From the NCBI GenBank assembly GCA_043228905.1, contig JBHGNT010000008.1, positions 1,116,001 to 1,180,000 of the forward strand: 64,000 nt of DNA. The letters run 5' to 3'. Below, one piece after another: positions 36,301 through 49,253 of the stretch. The translations under genes and the position numbers were made by a program. This DNA is from Azolla caroliniana (Eukaryota; Plantae; Polypodiophyta). How positions within the stretch are numbered: the stretch's first letter is position 1; each line of letters begins with the position of its first letter. The notes under the pieces were generated by a model that was not told the origin of the DNA, ran no database searches, and saw nothing but the letters and a program-made list of their open reading frames with translations.

Positions 36301-36857
36301 TTTCTATTCATCTGAAATACTGTGCATTGTCGGGATTGGGTTCTCGCATTGAAGTCTCCTACAAGAAATACTTCTCCTTGGGAAGAATATCGGATTATGT
36401 CATCCGATAGGGGTTCGTATGGAGAAGGCCCATGTGTCATTCCTTCATCGACTAATCTAGTCAAGCCACTAATATTATAACGGGATCCTTTTGGGGGAAA
36501 GTAACAAATGGCGAAAAATACTGCATGGTCTTTGCTTGTGGAGACTTTCACCCACATAAAACGAGCTTCTGGGTCTATCTTCATTATTTCTATCCTATTA
36601 TGTAGCTCTCTACGAAATAGTATCGCGACACCTCCAGATCCCCTAGTAGTGTGTCGACGTGAGGTTTGTCTAAAAGCGGACTCCCAACGGAATCCTTCGA
36701 CCCGTGGGAGTCCTCTATTTGGGCTCTGATGTGTTTCTACCAAGAAAAGTATATCAGATACCTTTAGTATCTCCTCTAGGCGGCCGGGGTGTGCCCAGAG
36801 TGCGCCATTACAATTCCATAGGGTCATCCTAAGTGCATTTTCTGTCACATGGGCCAC
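33400..36857 (-). pseudogene. LINE ORF2 (AP endonuclease, RT, C-terminal CCHC), one frameshift near 35450
   Basis: WNCNG, ETH, GDFNART, VDY and DHS (APE); QAGFR, FVDFRKAFD, GVKQGCPLSP and LLYADD (RT); LRISSHQLEIENGR..CRLC..EDEYHFTCKC. Confidence 0.92.
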
Positions 36858-36863
36858 ACGCCG

Positions 36864-37676
36864 TCAGTTAGTAGTGCGATCATTTATGATCACTCGCCCG
36901 TCTCGGTAAAAGGCGCGATGGCCTTCTTTACGAGCTTGCATAACTCGTGGCATACAACTCTTGCGATGCTCAATTTGCATCTTAGTGAGGTCTTCATCGA
37001 GATAGATGGGGTCCCCATCCATTCCTCGAAGGATTGGTCTCTTCTTAAAGAAAGTGATTCTAGAGTCTAAGTCTTTAAATTGAAGGACTAAGGCTCTCTT
37101 CCTAGTTGTGTCACGCCCGGCCCTCCATGCTTTGGTGATAGGTAGGGCCTCTGTATACCCTAACATTTTCCCAAGTGTTTGTGCGTCCTCATTTGGGGAT
37201 GCACCTTCCTTGAGCCCAGTGACACGTACATTTAAGCGTCGGGCCTGACGCATTTTCTCTTCTTCAAGGGTGGTGTTAACAATATTTTCATCTTTTATTT
37301 CTTTTTTAATGTTTCTTTTAACCACATCTACCCAACCCGTTTTAGCTAACTCTATGTTATTATTAACTTCCTCTTTAACTTTTTTAATTTCGTCCTTTAT
37401 ATCCTCTATAGAGGATATTTCACCGTCTTCTCGAGATTCCTCGATGTCCTTAAGTTGTTTTTTAAGGTCGATGTTTTCTACTTTAAGTTGTTCTATTTCG
37501 GCCTTGAGGGCGTCTTTTTCCTCTCTATCTTTTTTCTTATAGGTTTCGGTGTCTTTCACCCATTTTTTCATATCCATCTCTATTTTTGTTAAACGATTAA
37601 ACATATCTAAAAAGTCCTCCTTACTTATAGCCTCATCTTGTATATCCTTAAGTTCCTTAGTCCGTCTAGACGTCAT
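36864..37676 (-). CDS. LINE ORF1 (coiled coil + RRM-like nucleic-acid chaperone), 270 aa
   Basis: Charged heptad-rich N half, then RRLNVRVTGLKE and IYLDEDLT motifs typical of LINE ORF1p; directly upstream of ORF2. Confidence 0.8.
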   Translation of the reverse strand: MTSRRTKELKDIQDEAISKEDFLDMFNRLTKIEMDMKKWVKDTETYKKKDREEKDALKAEIEQLKVENIDLKKQLKDIEESREDGEISSIEDIKDEIKKVKEEVNNNIELAKTGWVDVVKRNIKKEIKDENIVNTTLEEEKMRQARRLNVRVTGLKEGASPNEDAQTLGKMLGYTEALPITKAWRAGRDTTRKRALVLQFKDLDSRITFFKKRPILRGMDGDPIYLDEDLTKMQIEHRKSCMPRVMQARKEGHRAFYRDGRVIINDRTTN

Positions 37677-38170
37677 TGTGGTGTCAATAAGAAAAAAAGA
37701 AGGTAAAATAAATGGGTTCGAGACTTAGCCGAGTTTGTGTGTGTGTCGCAATCACATCGGCATTTTGTAGCACGGGACGAGCACACCAAAAGAACCCACC
37801 CACGAACTCGTCGAGAAAAAGGTACTTCACCACATCAAGAACGGAGAAGAAAACACCCCGTGACGGTGGCAGTCGTCAAAACGACGGTAGACGACGGCAG
37901 CCGATGGCAGACGGCGGCAGCAGACGGTAGAAGACGGTGGACGACTGCACGGTGGCAGACGGCGACGGCCGCAGATAACGGCAGCGACGGCGACGGCGAC
38001 GGCGACGACACTAGCCGGCGACAGGGAGAGACGAGGAAGCGAGCGAGAGAGAGAGAGAGCAGACGGCGACGGTTGCAGCGGCTGTAGACAACGGCTGCAG
38101 ACGACGGCGACGGTGACGGTGATGGCGACGACAACGACAGAGAGAGCCGTTAGTGACAGAGAGAGCCGTT

Positions 38171-38261
<91 letters not shown>

Positions 38262-38502
38262 TCAAGAAGAGAAATGGCTGAGCGGAATGCAAGAAGAGAT
38301 GGAATCCTTGCATGAAAACTACACCTACGACCTTATAGAGTTACTGAAAGGTAAGAGAGCACTCAAGAATAAATGGTTCTACAAGGTGAAGACTAGAGAA
38401 GTCTACAACACACCCAGGTATAAAGCCCACATTGTGGTGACGAGAAGATATTCGACTTCGACAAGATATTCGCACCAATCGTAAAGATGACATCCATCCA
38501 TT

Positions 38503-39420
38503 TGAGCGGACAAGTTGAACCGGATCCGGATCGGTTGAATAAGCCAAAACTGGATAGGTATCCGGAACCAAGAGTTGGATCAGAGAGACGGACAGGATTG
38601 TAACTAGTAGGCCGTTAGAGGCCCACGGATCTAGCCTATTATGCAAGCATAATTTTGGTAGTTAGTGTCAGTCGTTCGTATAACCATTGAAGTACTTGTG
38701 AGTTCTTTCATGGACTTGTATAAAACTGCTCACTGAGCACATTGTATCTACAAAGTGTTATTATTTTGAATTTGAGTTTATGCTTTCTGCTCTCTCGATC
38801 TCTTCTATATATTCTTTTTTCTTAAGCTTCCATTAAACCTTCTTTCTTTGTTTTATTGTTGTAATTTGGCTACACCAGTTTGTCTACAAGCTTCCGCACG
38901 CTATTCTTCACATGGTATCAGAGCGCAAGGGTTAAGAACCTCTGGTGCTGACAAGCGTTCTTTATTTTCTGAAGACAAACCCTAACCTCCGGTAAAAGAA
39001 TAGACCAAAAAAAGAAGGTATGGACAGAAGCATGACATGCTCGCTTCCAATAGAAAAGCTTGACCGGAGCAACTATGCGTCCTGGTCGTATAAAATGCAC
39101 TAGTACTTGCTGGGGCACGGATACTGGAGCTACGTGGAAGGATTGAATGTAGCAGTGCCAGATTCGGCACACAAGGACTTCCCGGGATGGGAGCAAGGAG
39201 CGAGTAGAGGGTTGTATTGCCTCGCATCTTGTGTGCCCGACCAGATGCTCGACTACATCAGAGATGCAAAGTCATCGAAGAAGGTCTGGGAAAATCTCGG
39301 GAAGATTTTCGCCGCATGTACCACGGTTCGGAAGTGGCAGCTCCGGCAAGAGCTTAATAGTATCCAACAACGGGACATGTCGGTTAACGACTACACCAAG
39401 ATCAAGGAGATCTTCGAAGC
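38503..39420 (+). mobile_element. Truncated Copia D: 5' LTR (38503-~38910), PBS and gag start
   Basis: TGAGCGG...TTCTTCA followed by TGGTATCAGAGC (38913); gag LPIEKLDRSNYASWSYKMH is related to Copia B gag. Confidence 0.8.
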
Positions 39421-40481
39421 GCTCAGAGCTTGGTGATCTGTGTCTTCTCAAAGACGAACAACGAAGAATGGATGTTTAGCTGCGGACACCCCAGAGAACC
39501 AACACGACAAGACCGACCAATCACAAGGTCCATGACTCGCCAGACAGAGGAACGCGCACAACAAAAACCTCACCTCAGTGACCTCAGTGATACTGGTCGA
39601 GATCAGAAAGACGATTTCTCGCTCCCCAAATACCTCGGCGATACGCAGGAAGCCTGCTCACCACAAAAGCACTGTGGTCTTTCCCTGCCCACTGTAGCAT
39701 CCAACATGGCCTTTGCTTATCCCCGCTTCAACGGCGAAACCGACGCCGCAACCCACATTCGACTGTTCCTCAATGTGTGGAATGCAAACCACATGGCGCA
39801 GAGCCTTTCCGAAGCAGTAGCGCACCAGTCCAAAATGACGGAGTTTGGATTAACCTTGGATGGGAGAGCGGCGTTTTGGCATTCGCAGATGGATTTGCCA
39901 GCAATCACGACCTTCGACCAGCTGCAGTTAGCCTTTCTGCGGTTTTTTCATTGGAGGGTGCCGCAACGCGAAATCCTTGGGCAGTTTTACACAATTAAAC
40001 AGTTGCCGACCGAGACGGTAGCAGATTTTAGTTTACGCTTCCAAAATTTATGCCGGAAATTAGAACGGGGCCCGACGGAGGACGAGGCTAGGGAGACATT
40101 TCTCACAGGATTACGATGACCCATACGGACAACGCACAACAACAATAGCGTGAAAGGGGAAACGACCGATATGGTCATAGAAAGAGCGCTACATTTCGAG
40201 CTGGACGAAGAAGAGGAAAGGTTTTCCATGTCCTCATTACAACAAGCATTACCTCGGGACGAGGAACGGCATTTTCGCCAAGCGATCCAGTGCAGGATTT
40301 GCTTGAATTTGGGCATTCCGCAGTTGAATGCAACACGTGAATCCACTGTCCAATCTGTCACTCGAAACCTCACCCAGTTGGGCAGTGCGAGTACAATATG
40401 TTGAACAGATCCACACCCACAGTACGCAGAGTGGAAACACAACGTCCCCCACACCGTAATGAACAAAGGCATCAAGAAGAA

Positions 40482-40868
40482 TGTTGAGAGATGAGCTCAA
40501 CATTTGTGCGTAATACGATGCGTAACCGGTACGCAGACCGGTGCGTAGAAAGGCCGTATCGGTGCGTAGACCGAAAGCCCGTTAGAAAGATATTCCTCAT
40601 AGGGAATAGTTTTGGGAGTAAGTGTTGAGGCTCATTTAGGAGCAGTCAAGTATTGTCAGTACTTGTGTCAGCCCATTGTCAGGGCTTGTATAAAAGTGCT
40701 CACTGAGCACATCCTATGTATAGATTGAGTATTATTTTCGAATTTAAAAGTTCTTGTGTTACTCTCTCTGTCTCTCCCATGCGTACTGTGCAAACCTAAG
40801 CTTTCCATTAAACCCGCGTTTTCTGTTGTTTGGTTTTCCTATATTGCTTCCGCACGCCATTCTTCTCA
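40482..40868 (+). mobile_element. Solo LTR (related to Copia D LTR) inside Gypsy E gag
   Basis: TGTTGAG...TTCTCA flanked by 5-bp TSD AAGAA; shares TGCTCACTGAGCACAT and CTTCCGCACGC with 38503-38910. Confidence 0.9.
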
Positions 40869-43800
40869 AAGAACGACCATGGTATATGGATGGGAACCCA
40901 CGCGATGACCAGCACTACCAGAATCGCCGGAATCACAACGATTCCGAGGAGGACGAGTCGGAGGATGAAGACTACCGTGGCAACCCTAGAAATACTAAAG
41001 GGGGCCGATGCTATGAGAATTACCATCTGACGAACAAACGTGGCAACTTCAATGGGCCTACAAAAAGCATCGTCAGTATCGGGAGCAATGGTGGTACGAT
41101 GAAAGTTCGGACGATGACCGATACCAAGAACCGCGCCAGGATCAACAGCAACCACCGCATACGCTCTGACGAACGAATCAGGACCGGGAGGAGCAAGTCA
41201 CACCTAGGGATCGACACACACCACCAGGGGCCGAGAAGGGAGAATCTAGCATCCATTGTTTTGTTTGTCAACAACCCAGACTTTATGCCACACAATGCCC
41301 AATACGCAAGGGCAAGGGGCCCGCCGTCAATAGGATTATGGCGGAAGTCAGCAAGTCACGACACGTCAGCAAATAAAAAATGTTGATTGGGCCGCCCAAG
41401 ATGAGATATGGTAGACAACCCAAGCATGGGTTGAAAAAGCAAACACAGCAAATACGGAATGCATGCGGAAGGAGTCCGCAAACACGGTGGAACTATTGGA
41501 GGAAGAGGGACCATCTCCGGATCCCATATGGCAAGCACTGATAGGCTGGGAGATAACGTTAACCATGGAGAAGCTACTACAACTAGTCTCACGATTCCAC
41601 CAGGCCGTGGAAGAGCGGATGACGGGCAGACCCGGGGTAAGCGTCGCCACGAATTTTACGGACATTAGCGCCAGACCAATAGTGGTGGATCACCACAATC
41701 CGGCTATTAAGTTGATACTACACGGTCAGGAAATCCTAGGATGCGTAATCGATGGCGGCTCGGGCGTTAACGTAGTTAGCGTGAAGACATGCGAACAATT
41801 GGGAATTTCAAAATGGGAAGCTTGCCCGTTTTGGCTTCGCATGGCGGATACCTATTCAGTATGACCATTGGGTTTGATACGCAAGGTAGGCATTATCGTG
41901 GGAGGACATTGCTTCGACATCTCAGCGGTAGTCCTCGCCCTTGACGCCCCAGGAGCATATCCTATGCTACTGGGCAGACCGTGGCTTCGTTCAACGAATA
42001 TCAAGCAGAGCTAGCAACACAAGTGTATTAGCTTTCGACGCGGATGTACCAAGGTCCGCGTACCAACAGAGGAAATGGCGGCACAACCCAAGGGCATAAC
42101 ACCATTGCACACAGAGGATATAAATATGCTGGCTGGGGTGGATGATACCGAATTAGAGGTATACCTAGACGAGCACCCTCGGATTATTCCGCTGTTCGAA
42201 ATCAACGTCATTGAAACCGCAACGGAATATGCCACACCCGCTACACTCCATGATGAGGCTTACGAACCAAACCCGGAGTCAATATTGGAAATAAGCAGAG
42301 CACAGGCAGCGTTCGAGAGGGAAATGGAAATTTCACGGTGAGTCACTGCCTCAGCCCTGGAAGAAGTAAACATGGGTACGACGTCAGAACCCCGATTCCT
42401 CTCCATTGCAAAAGAATTACTGTTGGATCAGAGAGACGCGATGATAGCACTACTCAGGAAGTATAAAGATATGTTCGCCTGGGCCCATGAGGACATGAAG
42501 GGGTTAGATCCGAAGTTCTATCAACATAAGATCAACTTAACCGGTCCAGCAGCGTTGATACCGTATGAACCCAAACTACGCGGCCCGCGTAAAAGAAGAA
42601 ATTGACAAACTCCTTAAGGCCGGATTCATACGACCAGTTAAACAAGCTACATGGTTAAGCCCGATAGTAGTTGTACTGAAGAAAAATGGCAAAATACGGG
42701 TATGCGTGGACTACCGGAAATTAAACGCCGTAACCATTATAGACGCATTCCCTTTACCGTTCACCGATAGCGTACTGGATGCCGTCGCAGGGCATGACAT
42801 GTACAACTTTTTAGATGGCTTCAGTGGGTACAACCAAGTACGCATGCACCTCGACGACCAAGAGAAGACGGCTTTTGTCACAGACTGGGGAATCTATGTC
42901 GCAGCCGTCATGATGTTCGGGCTAAAGACGGCGCCGACGACATTTCAATGGACAATCACAGAGATTTTTGGGGAATATATTCTGGCCTTCATGCAAGTTT
43001 TTTTAGATTGTTTCGCGGTATATGGGACAACAACCGACCATTTTACGCATCTGCAACTTTGCCTGGAGAGTTGCCAAACTGCACACTTAATCCTAAATCC
43101 CGCCAAATGCGCTTTCGGCGTTACCAGCGGGGCTCTCCTCGGTTGTATAGTCAGCAAGGAAGGGATAATGGTCGATCTGAATAAAATCTCCACGATTACT
43201 CACGTGAAAACGTCGACAAAAGAGAAATCACTCAACCAGTTTTTAGGGCAAATACGATGGCACAATTGGATGATACGCTATTTGACGAACTTCAGCACGC
43301 CGTTACATGCCGCCGTTCATCGGAATCCCTTCCAATGGACAACTACGGAAGAGAAGGCATATGACGCGCTAAAGGTAATGCTAACATAGGCACCCGTCGT
43401 ACAACCACCAGTTTGGGCGAAGCCATTCCACGTGTTCTTAGATGCCTCTGACATAGCAATAGATAGTGCGCTAATACAGGTCACAGAGCTGAATTGGTAT
43501 CAGTCGGTGTACTACGCTAGTCGGAAATTATCAACGGCTGAGCGTAACTATTCCACAACGGAACGTGAGGCGTTGGGTATGATCTACAACATCAATAAGT
43601 TTTGGCATTATGTGCTAGTGAGGAAATTCACATTTCACATGGATCATTCGACATTGCTATATTTGGTAGGGAAACAAGCGCTGACAAGGAAATTGGCGAG
43701 ATGGATGTTGCTGCTTCAAGAATTCGACTTTGTAATTCAGCACCGCCCGGGTACGCAACACGTAGTGGTAGATTTTTTGAGCCGACTCGATAATGGAGAA

Positions 43801-45530
43801 ACGACGCAAAAGGATGACGACGACTTTCCGTATGCGGACATTCTGCGGGTAGCAATGCTAGCAGAACGAACGGAAAAGACTTTCCCGGATCGATGGCTCA
43901 TGGAAATGACCTACTTCCTGACCACGGGGTTACCGCCACCCCAATTACGGACGAATGAGAAAAAACGGCTGGTAGTATGAAGTTGAAATTTCTGTTTAGT
44001 GGAAGACATACTATACCACAAGGGCAGTGACGGCATCTGGAGGCGCGGAATACGGCAGGATGAGAAGGCCGTAGTTCTACACGAAGCCCATTGTGGTACG
44101 GCGGGAGGACATTACGCGGGCGATGTTATGGCTCGGAAAATTTGGCAAGCAGGACTTTGGTGGCCGACGATGCAAAAGGACGCGTATGAATATTGCAGAC
44201 ATTGCGATTTATGCCAACGACTGGGCCAACCCACGAAAGTCGCAAGAATGCCACACCAACCAGTGTTGCCACTAGATCCTTTCCAAAAGTGGGGGTTAGA
44301 TTTCGTGGGACACTTTACCCCGACGGCCGCTTGAATAGGCAATAAGTACATCCTGGTGGCTACGGATTACTGCACCAAGTGGGTAGAAGCGAAACCACTA
44401 CGCGAGAATACCGCGGTAGTCACGGCGAAATTCCTTTACGAACACATCTGGTGTTGTTTCGGCTGCCCTATCGAGCTCATTAGTGACTAAGGGAGTCACT
44501 TTCGGAATACGGTCATCAACGAACTGACCCAACATTACGCTGTGGTGCACAAAAAAAGTACGCCGTATTACCCGCAGGCAAATGGCTTGGCGGAATCCAC
44601 GAACAAAACCCTCCAAACTATCCTCAAAAAGATAGTCAATAAGAATAGGACGGATTGGGACACCAAATTGCATGGCGCGTTATGGGCATACCGTACCAGC
44701 TATAAGACCAACATACAATCAACATCGTTCAGGCTAGCTTTTGGTCTAGAGGCAGTGATGCCAGTCGAATTCCAGGTACCCAGTCTACGAATTCAAGTAC
44801 GAGCCCGGCTATCAGAGGGCAAATCCGAACAAGTACGGCTACAACAACTACTAGAGCTAGGAGAAACAAGGTTACGTAGTATGGCCATATTAGAGCAGAA
44901 ACAACGGTGGCGCAAAGCATTTGTGGACCCACACCGACATGCCCGTGAAAACTGATTTTATGGTGGGAAAAGCGGTATTAGTTTTCCAAACACGCATAGG
45001 GCATATGCCAGGAAAATTAAGATTCTGTTGGACAGGCCCGTACTGGATAGTAGGAGCCGAACAGGGCACGTAGGCTGGGGAAGTGTTACGACAAAAAGTG
45101 AATGGGTTTCGCCTTAAACCTTATATGGGACCTACGCCACCTAACCCGTTCCCCGCCGGACAGGACAAAGCCGGAGAATCTGCGTAGTAACTAGACGGCC
45201 CCACTTGTATTATAGTGTAAAAATAGTATTGTATGTAATCGTTACAGAAAAAAAAAAGTATTGTATGTAACCGTTACGGAATAAAAGGACTTAAGGCATG
45301 CATAGACTTCTAGGCCAAGAACACGTGGTACCACGATGGCTCACCGACCAATGAACCCTAGGCCACAAAAAGAAGGAAATAGAAGGTTTTCTGCACAATA
45401 CAGAAATCAACCTTCTAATTCTCATCGCTCTCATCGCTCCCCTTCCTCACCCTCTTCTCCATCCTATCACAGAGGTCAAGCTCGCCGCAGCCAATAGTCT
45501 TCACCCATTAGCCATAAGTCTATTCAGACT

Positions 45531-46690
45531 ATGCTGATATCCATCTCTACCGCCTTGCGTCGATGGCTCGTGGAGAAATGCTTGGATGGGTACATTAGAG
45601 TCGTTGAGGCACCTTCACACCCGGACGCATTGGACATCGCTAGGAAGCTCAACATCGACACAGTCACCAATTCATCCATCCGGAAAAAACTAGACCTGTC
45701 ATCATTAGGTGAAAGGCATTTCAAAATCCCTCATGTGTAATCCCTGCAGAGATATTTCGGTCCATATTCATCATCTGCCAAGGAATATAGAACGAAGGAG
45801 ATCCCAGATCCCTTTTTCCGCGAAATCGCCAAGTTCCTTGGAGCTCGGATGCGTACATGTAAACGTATATGGGATGCCCAAACAGAAGGCAGGTATCATC
45901 ATTGATACCTTTGAAGGGCGTACGGTCGATTGGGGGGTCATTACGGAGCCGGCGTTACGGGAAGGCCTGCACATGTATCAAGGAGTAAAAAAGCTCAAGC
46001 CTATCATACAACAATATCTGACGATACTATTCCCACCCCGAGGTCTACCGGCACCGCAGCCCAACAAACCCACATCGCCGCCTCGATCTGCAAAGCGAAG
46101 TTAGCGGAGTTAACCCGCCTAGCCAAACACGTGAACAACACAGGAAGAGCAGGCTAAGCGCACTGAGGAAGCGGCACAGGAGCTGGAAGCCGAACCACGA
46201 CAGGAAAGCCCGAGGCCAAAATGACGGAGACTAGACAAGAAAGATGGGCGTGGGTTAGTTAAACACACACTCGTGGCTGCGGAGACGACGACTGTGGGCG
46301 ACAACTCCATAGCTACGGAGCCCAACACCACCTTCGAAGTAATCCGGGAACCACGACCGATCATTACGGCCCAGTCACAACGGGGGAAAGCCGTATTGAC
46401 GACGGAAAGCAAGGTCTTGGCGTATCCAAACATTCCGAACACAGCCCATGAGTTCGGCACACTATTACAGTTCGGAACCACTTTTGAACTCATGGAATTC
46501 TTGGCAACGCAACAAATAAATGTCTCACAACGAATGGCCGAGGAGCACGCGGAGCGCCAAATGATCGAGCGTGCGTTAACACAAACAGCGGAAAGCGATG
46601 ATGAGGATCAGTTAGCCAAAGTCGGTAGGTAGAAGAACGCCGGTATACGCCGAATGGGGATGGAACTACCCCCATTAAACGCGGCCCTTG
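45531..46690 (+). pseudogene. Extra ORF downstream of integrase in Gypsy E (disrupted)
   Basis: Segments FEGRTVDWGVIT and VLAYPNIPNTAHEFGTLLQFGTTFELMEFLA are homologous to the extra ORF of Gypsy F. Confidence 0.7.
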
Positions 46691-47218
46691 TCAAAGTTCA
46701 TAGGTCCGACGTGCCATGGCACTGTCCCACAAGCGTGCCAGGTGTTGTCCACCGGAATAGTAACCGACAGACAAGAGCGTAGTAATATAGAATAGAGTAA
46801 TATTGTAACGCATGTAAACGGTTCACATGGACAGCGTGAACGGCTAAAAGACCTTGCGTATATAAAGGGCAAAAAACCTCTGAGAGAGGGAGCGTGTAAT
46901 TTTGAATGTAAAAGGCGTATTTTAATAGAGTTCTATTTTCTCTGATTCCTGTATGTATTTGTGGTTAATCTACTGTGTGTTTGTGATTCTTGGGTAGCGT
47001 AGCGCAGTTGTAAGAGTGTAGACGTGAGTAACAGTGTGGTTGTTAGTCCACTATCTAAGCAGTTCGGTTGTAGCCGTCTACCTTATATGCTCCTTGGATA
47101 CAAGAGGTATCCCACTAAGTATTACGCTACAACGATACCATTCGTTGCAACACAGTCACTTTGAGGTCTAGGTCGAAGGACTGACCGTAGACTGTGTTCC
47201 TAATCGGTAATAGTCACA

Positions 47219-48418
47219 TTAAGGAATCTACATATAGTAGCCTGAAAGCTTTTTGGAGAAGGTAAAAGATAACCTCGTGTGTCAACTGAAGAAAAGCTTG
47301 TATGATCTGAAACAAGCTCCATGCCAATGGTACAAGAAGTTTGAGTCCTTCATGTGGGAACATAGGTTCCAAAAAACACAGGTTGATCACTGTTTATTTG
47401 TAAAAAAGTATGATGAAGGTGACTTCTTAATTTTCTTATTATATGTGGATGACATGTTGATAGTCGAACAAGATAAAAGAAATATCGGAAGGTTAAAGAA
47501 AGCACGCGGCAAGTCATTTGCCATAAAAGATGTTGGACCGGTGAAATAGATATTGGGGATGCACATAGTTCGAGATAGAACTAAGAAAGTGGTGTGGTTG
47601 TCACAAGAGACATATGTGACAAGGATCTTTGAATGATTCAACATGTCAGAAGTAAATCCAGTCGGCTCTGTGTTGCCAACAAATTGTAGGCTGAGTGTTA
47701 ACTAATGCCCGAAGAGTGAGAAAGAGAAGGCGAAGATGAGGAAAATACCATATGCCTCGGCCATTGACAGTTCGAAGTAATCTATGTTCTATAGGAGACC
47801 AGACATAACATTTGTTGTGGGAATAGTAAGACAATATATGAGTAATCCATGACAAGAACACTAAGCAAATGTCGAATGGATACTCAGGTACTTGAAAGAC
47901 ACCTCAAGCATATGCCTTAGGTTGGGTGTCAGAAAACCTGTGCTCGAAGGTTTCACTGATTTGGACATGTTGGGGGATGTAGACTCAAGTAGATCCACAT
48001 CAGGGTCCGTGATGACCTATGCAAGGGGAGAAGTGTCGTGGTAGTCAAGACATCAGAAGTTTGTGGCCTTATCGACCACGGAGGCAGTGTATATAGCAAC
48101 GGTAGAGGCCGGCAAAGATCTGATATGGATGAGAAATTTCCTAAGTGAGTTAGGAATGAAGCAAAGGGAGTTCGTGCTTCACTGTGATAGCCAGAGCACC
48201 ATACATCTAGCCAAGAATGTTGTGTACCACTCCCGGACCTAACACATACAGAGTAGGTATCACTGGTTGCGAGAGAAAGTGGATGATGAGGAGTTTACCC
48301 TTGTGAAGATCCATACTACCGACAATGGATTTGACATGCTCACGAAGAACCTACCGATGGATAGACTGAGAGGCTGTTGACAAAAGAAAGGACAAGCTGA
48401 CTCTCTCCAACAGGACTG
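47219..48418 (+). pseudogene. Copia A RT-RNaseH remainder
   Basis: LKKSLYDLKQAP, LLYVDDML, ALSTTEA, LHCDSQS; many stops. Confidence 0.9.
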
Positions 48419-48429
48419 AAGGGGGAGTT

Positions 48430-48809
48430 TGTTAGGAATATGTCCCTCTTGTGGAAGGAGCCGACTGTTCGGTTCAGTAAGAGTCCACTATCGAAGGCAA
48501 GGAGTAGCCGACTAGTCGGGCTGAGAGTCGATTGAGAGAGTTGTCATGGAGAGTCGACTAAGAGAGTCGAAGACACGACCGACTAGTCGGGCCGACTGGG
48601 CAGTCGACATAGGAGTTGGCTAGTTGAATTGACTAGTCGTTGAGGCGGCTGATTAACTGTTACTATTATTACTATAATAATAGGAATAATAGTAGTAGAG
48701 GCTACATTTGTAAATTATCGCCCATATGGTGTATAAATGTAAATACACTTAGGGAAAACTTAGTGTAGAATAGAATAGGTAGAATAGAGGAGAATAAAGG
48801 TAAGTGTAT

Positions 48810-48858
<49 letters not shown>

Positions 48859-49049
48859 CATGAGTGGCGCCATAGCTGAGTGAGGTTAGACGCCAAGAGC
48901 CCCGTGTGGCTGATACACTCTGTGTAAAAGAGTGTTGTATTCTAGTCCTCTTTTGTATTCTTTGTTGTATAATGGATCTCTATTCTCGTGGTTTTCCCCG
49001 TTTAGGGTTTCCATGTAAAACTTTGTGCATTCTGGGTATTTGTTGTTTT
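48430..49049 (+). repeat. 3' LTR of Copia A, truncated at its 3' end
   Basis: Aligns with 10043 onward up to GTATTTGTTGTTTTC; the terminal ~60 bp seen in the 5' LTR are absent. Confidence 0.75.
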
Positions 49050-49253
49050 CCTTTTCCAAAAAACAATATCCTTCCATTAGTTATATAGAAAGAGTGTTGT
49101 ATTCTAGTCCTCTTTTGTATTCTCTGTTGTATAGTGGATCTCTATTCCCGTGGTTTTCCCCATTTAGGGTTTCCATATAAAACTTTGTGCATTCTGGGTA
49201 TTTGCTGTTTTTCTTTTCCAAAACAAAATATCCTTCCATTAGTTATATAGAAA
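48929..49253. repeat. Tandem duplication of ~162 bp spanning the truncated LTR/flank junction
   Basis: AGAGTGTTGTATTCTAGTCC...CCATTAGTTATATAGAA occurs twice in succession. Confidence 0.85.

Larger units (their letters stand above)
32916..38259 (-). mobile_element. Near full-length LINE (APE-RT, RTE-X-like) inserted in Copia A
   Basis: ORF1 + ORF2 on the minus strand, (TTTC)n 3' tail at ~32916-32953, GC-rich 5' region ending in a (TC)n tract at 38173-38258. Copia A sequence EPECYDEAIV...KWLSGMQEEM is split by it. No clear TSD. Confidence 0.85.
39430..47218 (+). mobile_element. Ty3/Gypsy element E (non-chromovirus type), degenerate, 5' LTR missing, with extra 3' ORF
   Basis: gag (39430-40400), protease IDGGSGVN, RT WLSPIVVV/CVDYRKLN/LDGFSGYNQ, RNaseH DASD/YYASRKL, integrase WGLDFVG/YPQANG in Gypsy order. 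3' LTR TGTTGTCC...GTCACA at 46743-47218 with TATATAAA. Confidence 0.85.
10043..49049 (+). mobile_element. Ty1/Copia element A (outer host of the nest), degenerate and split by multiple insertions
   Basis: Matching LTRs starting TGTTAGGAATATGTCCCT at 10043 and 48430. Degenerate Met-tRNA PBS (TGATATCAAAGC, 10625) and PPT (GAAGGGGGAG, ~48418-48427). gag/PR/IN at 10650-12810, IN-RT linker at 32608-32916, RT pieces at 38260-38502 and RT/RNaseH at 47219-48418 are colinear. Confidence 0.75.
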
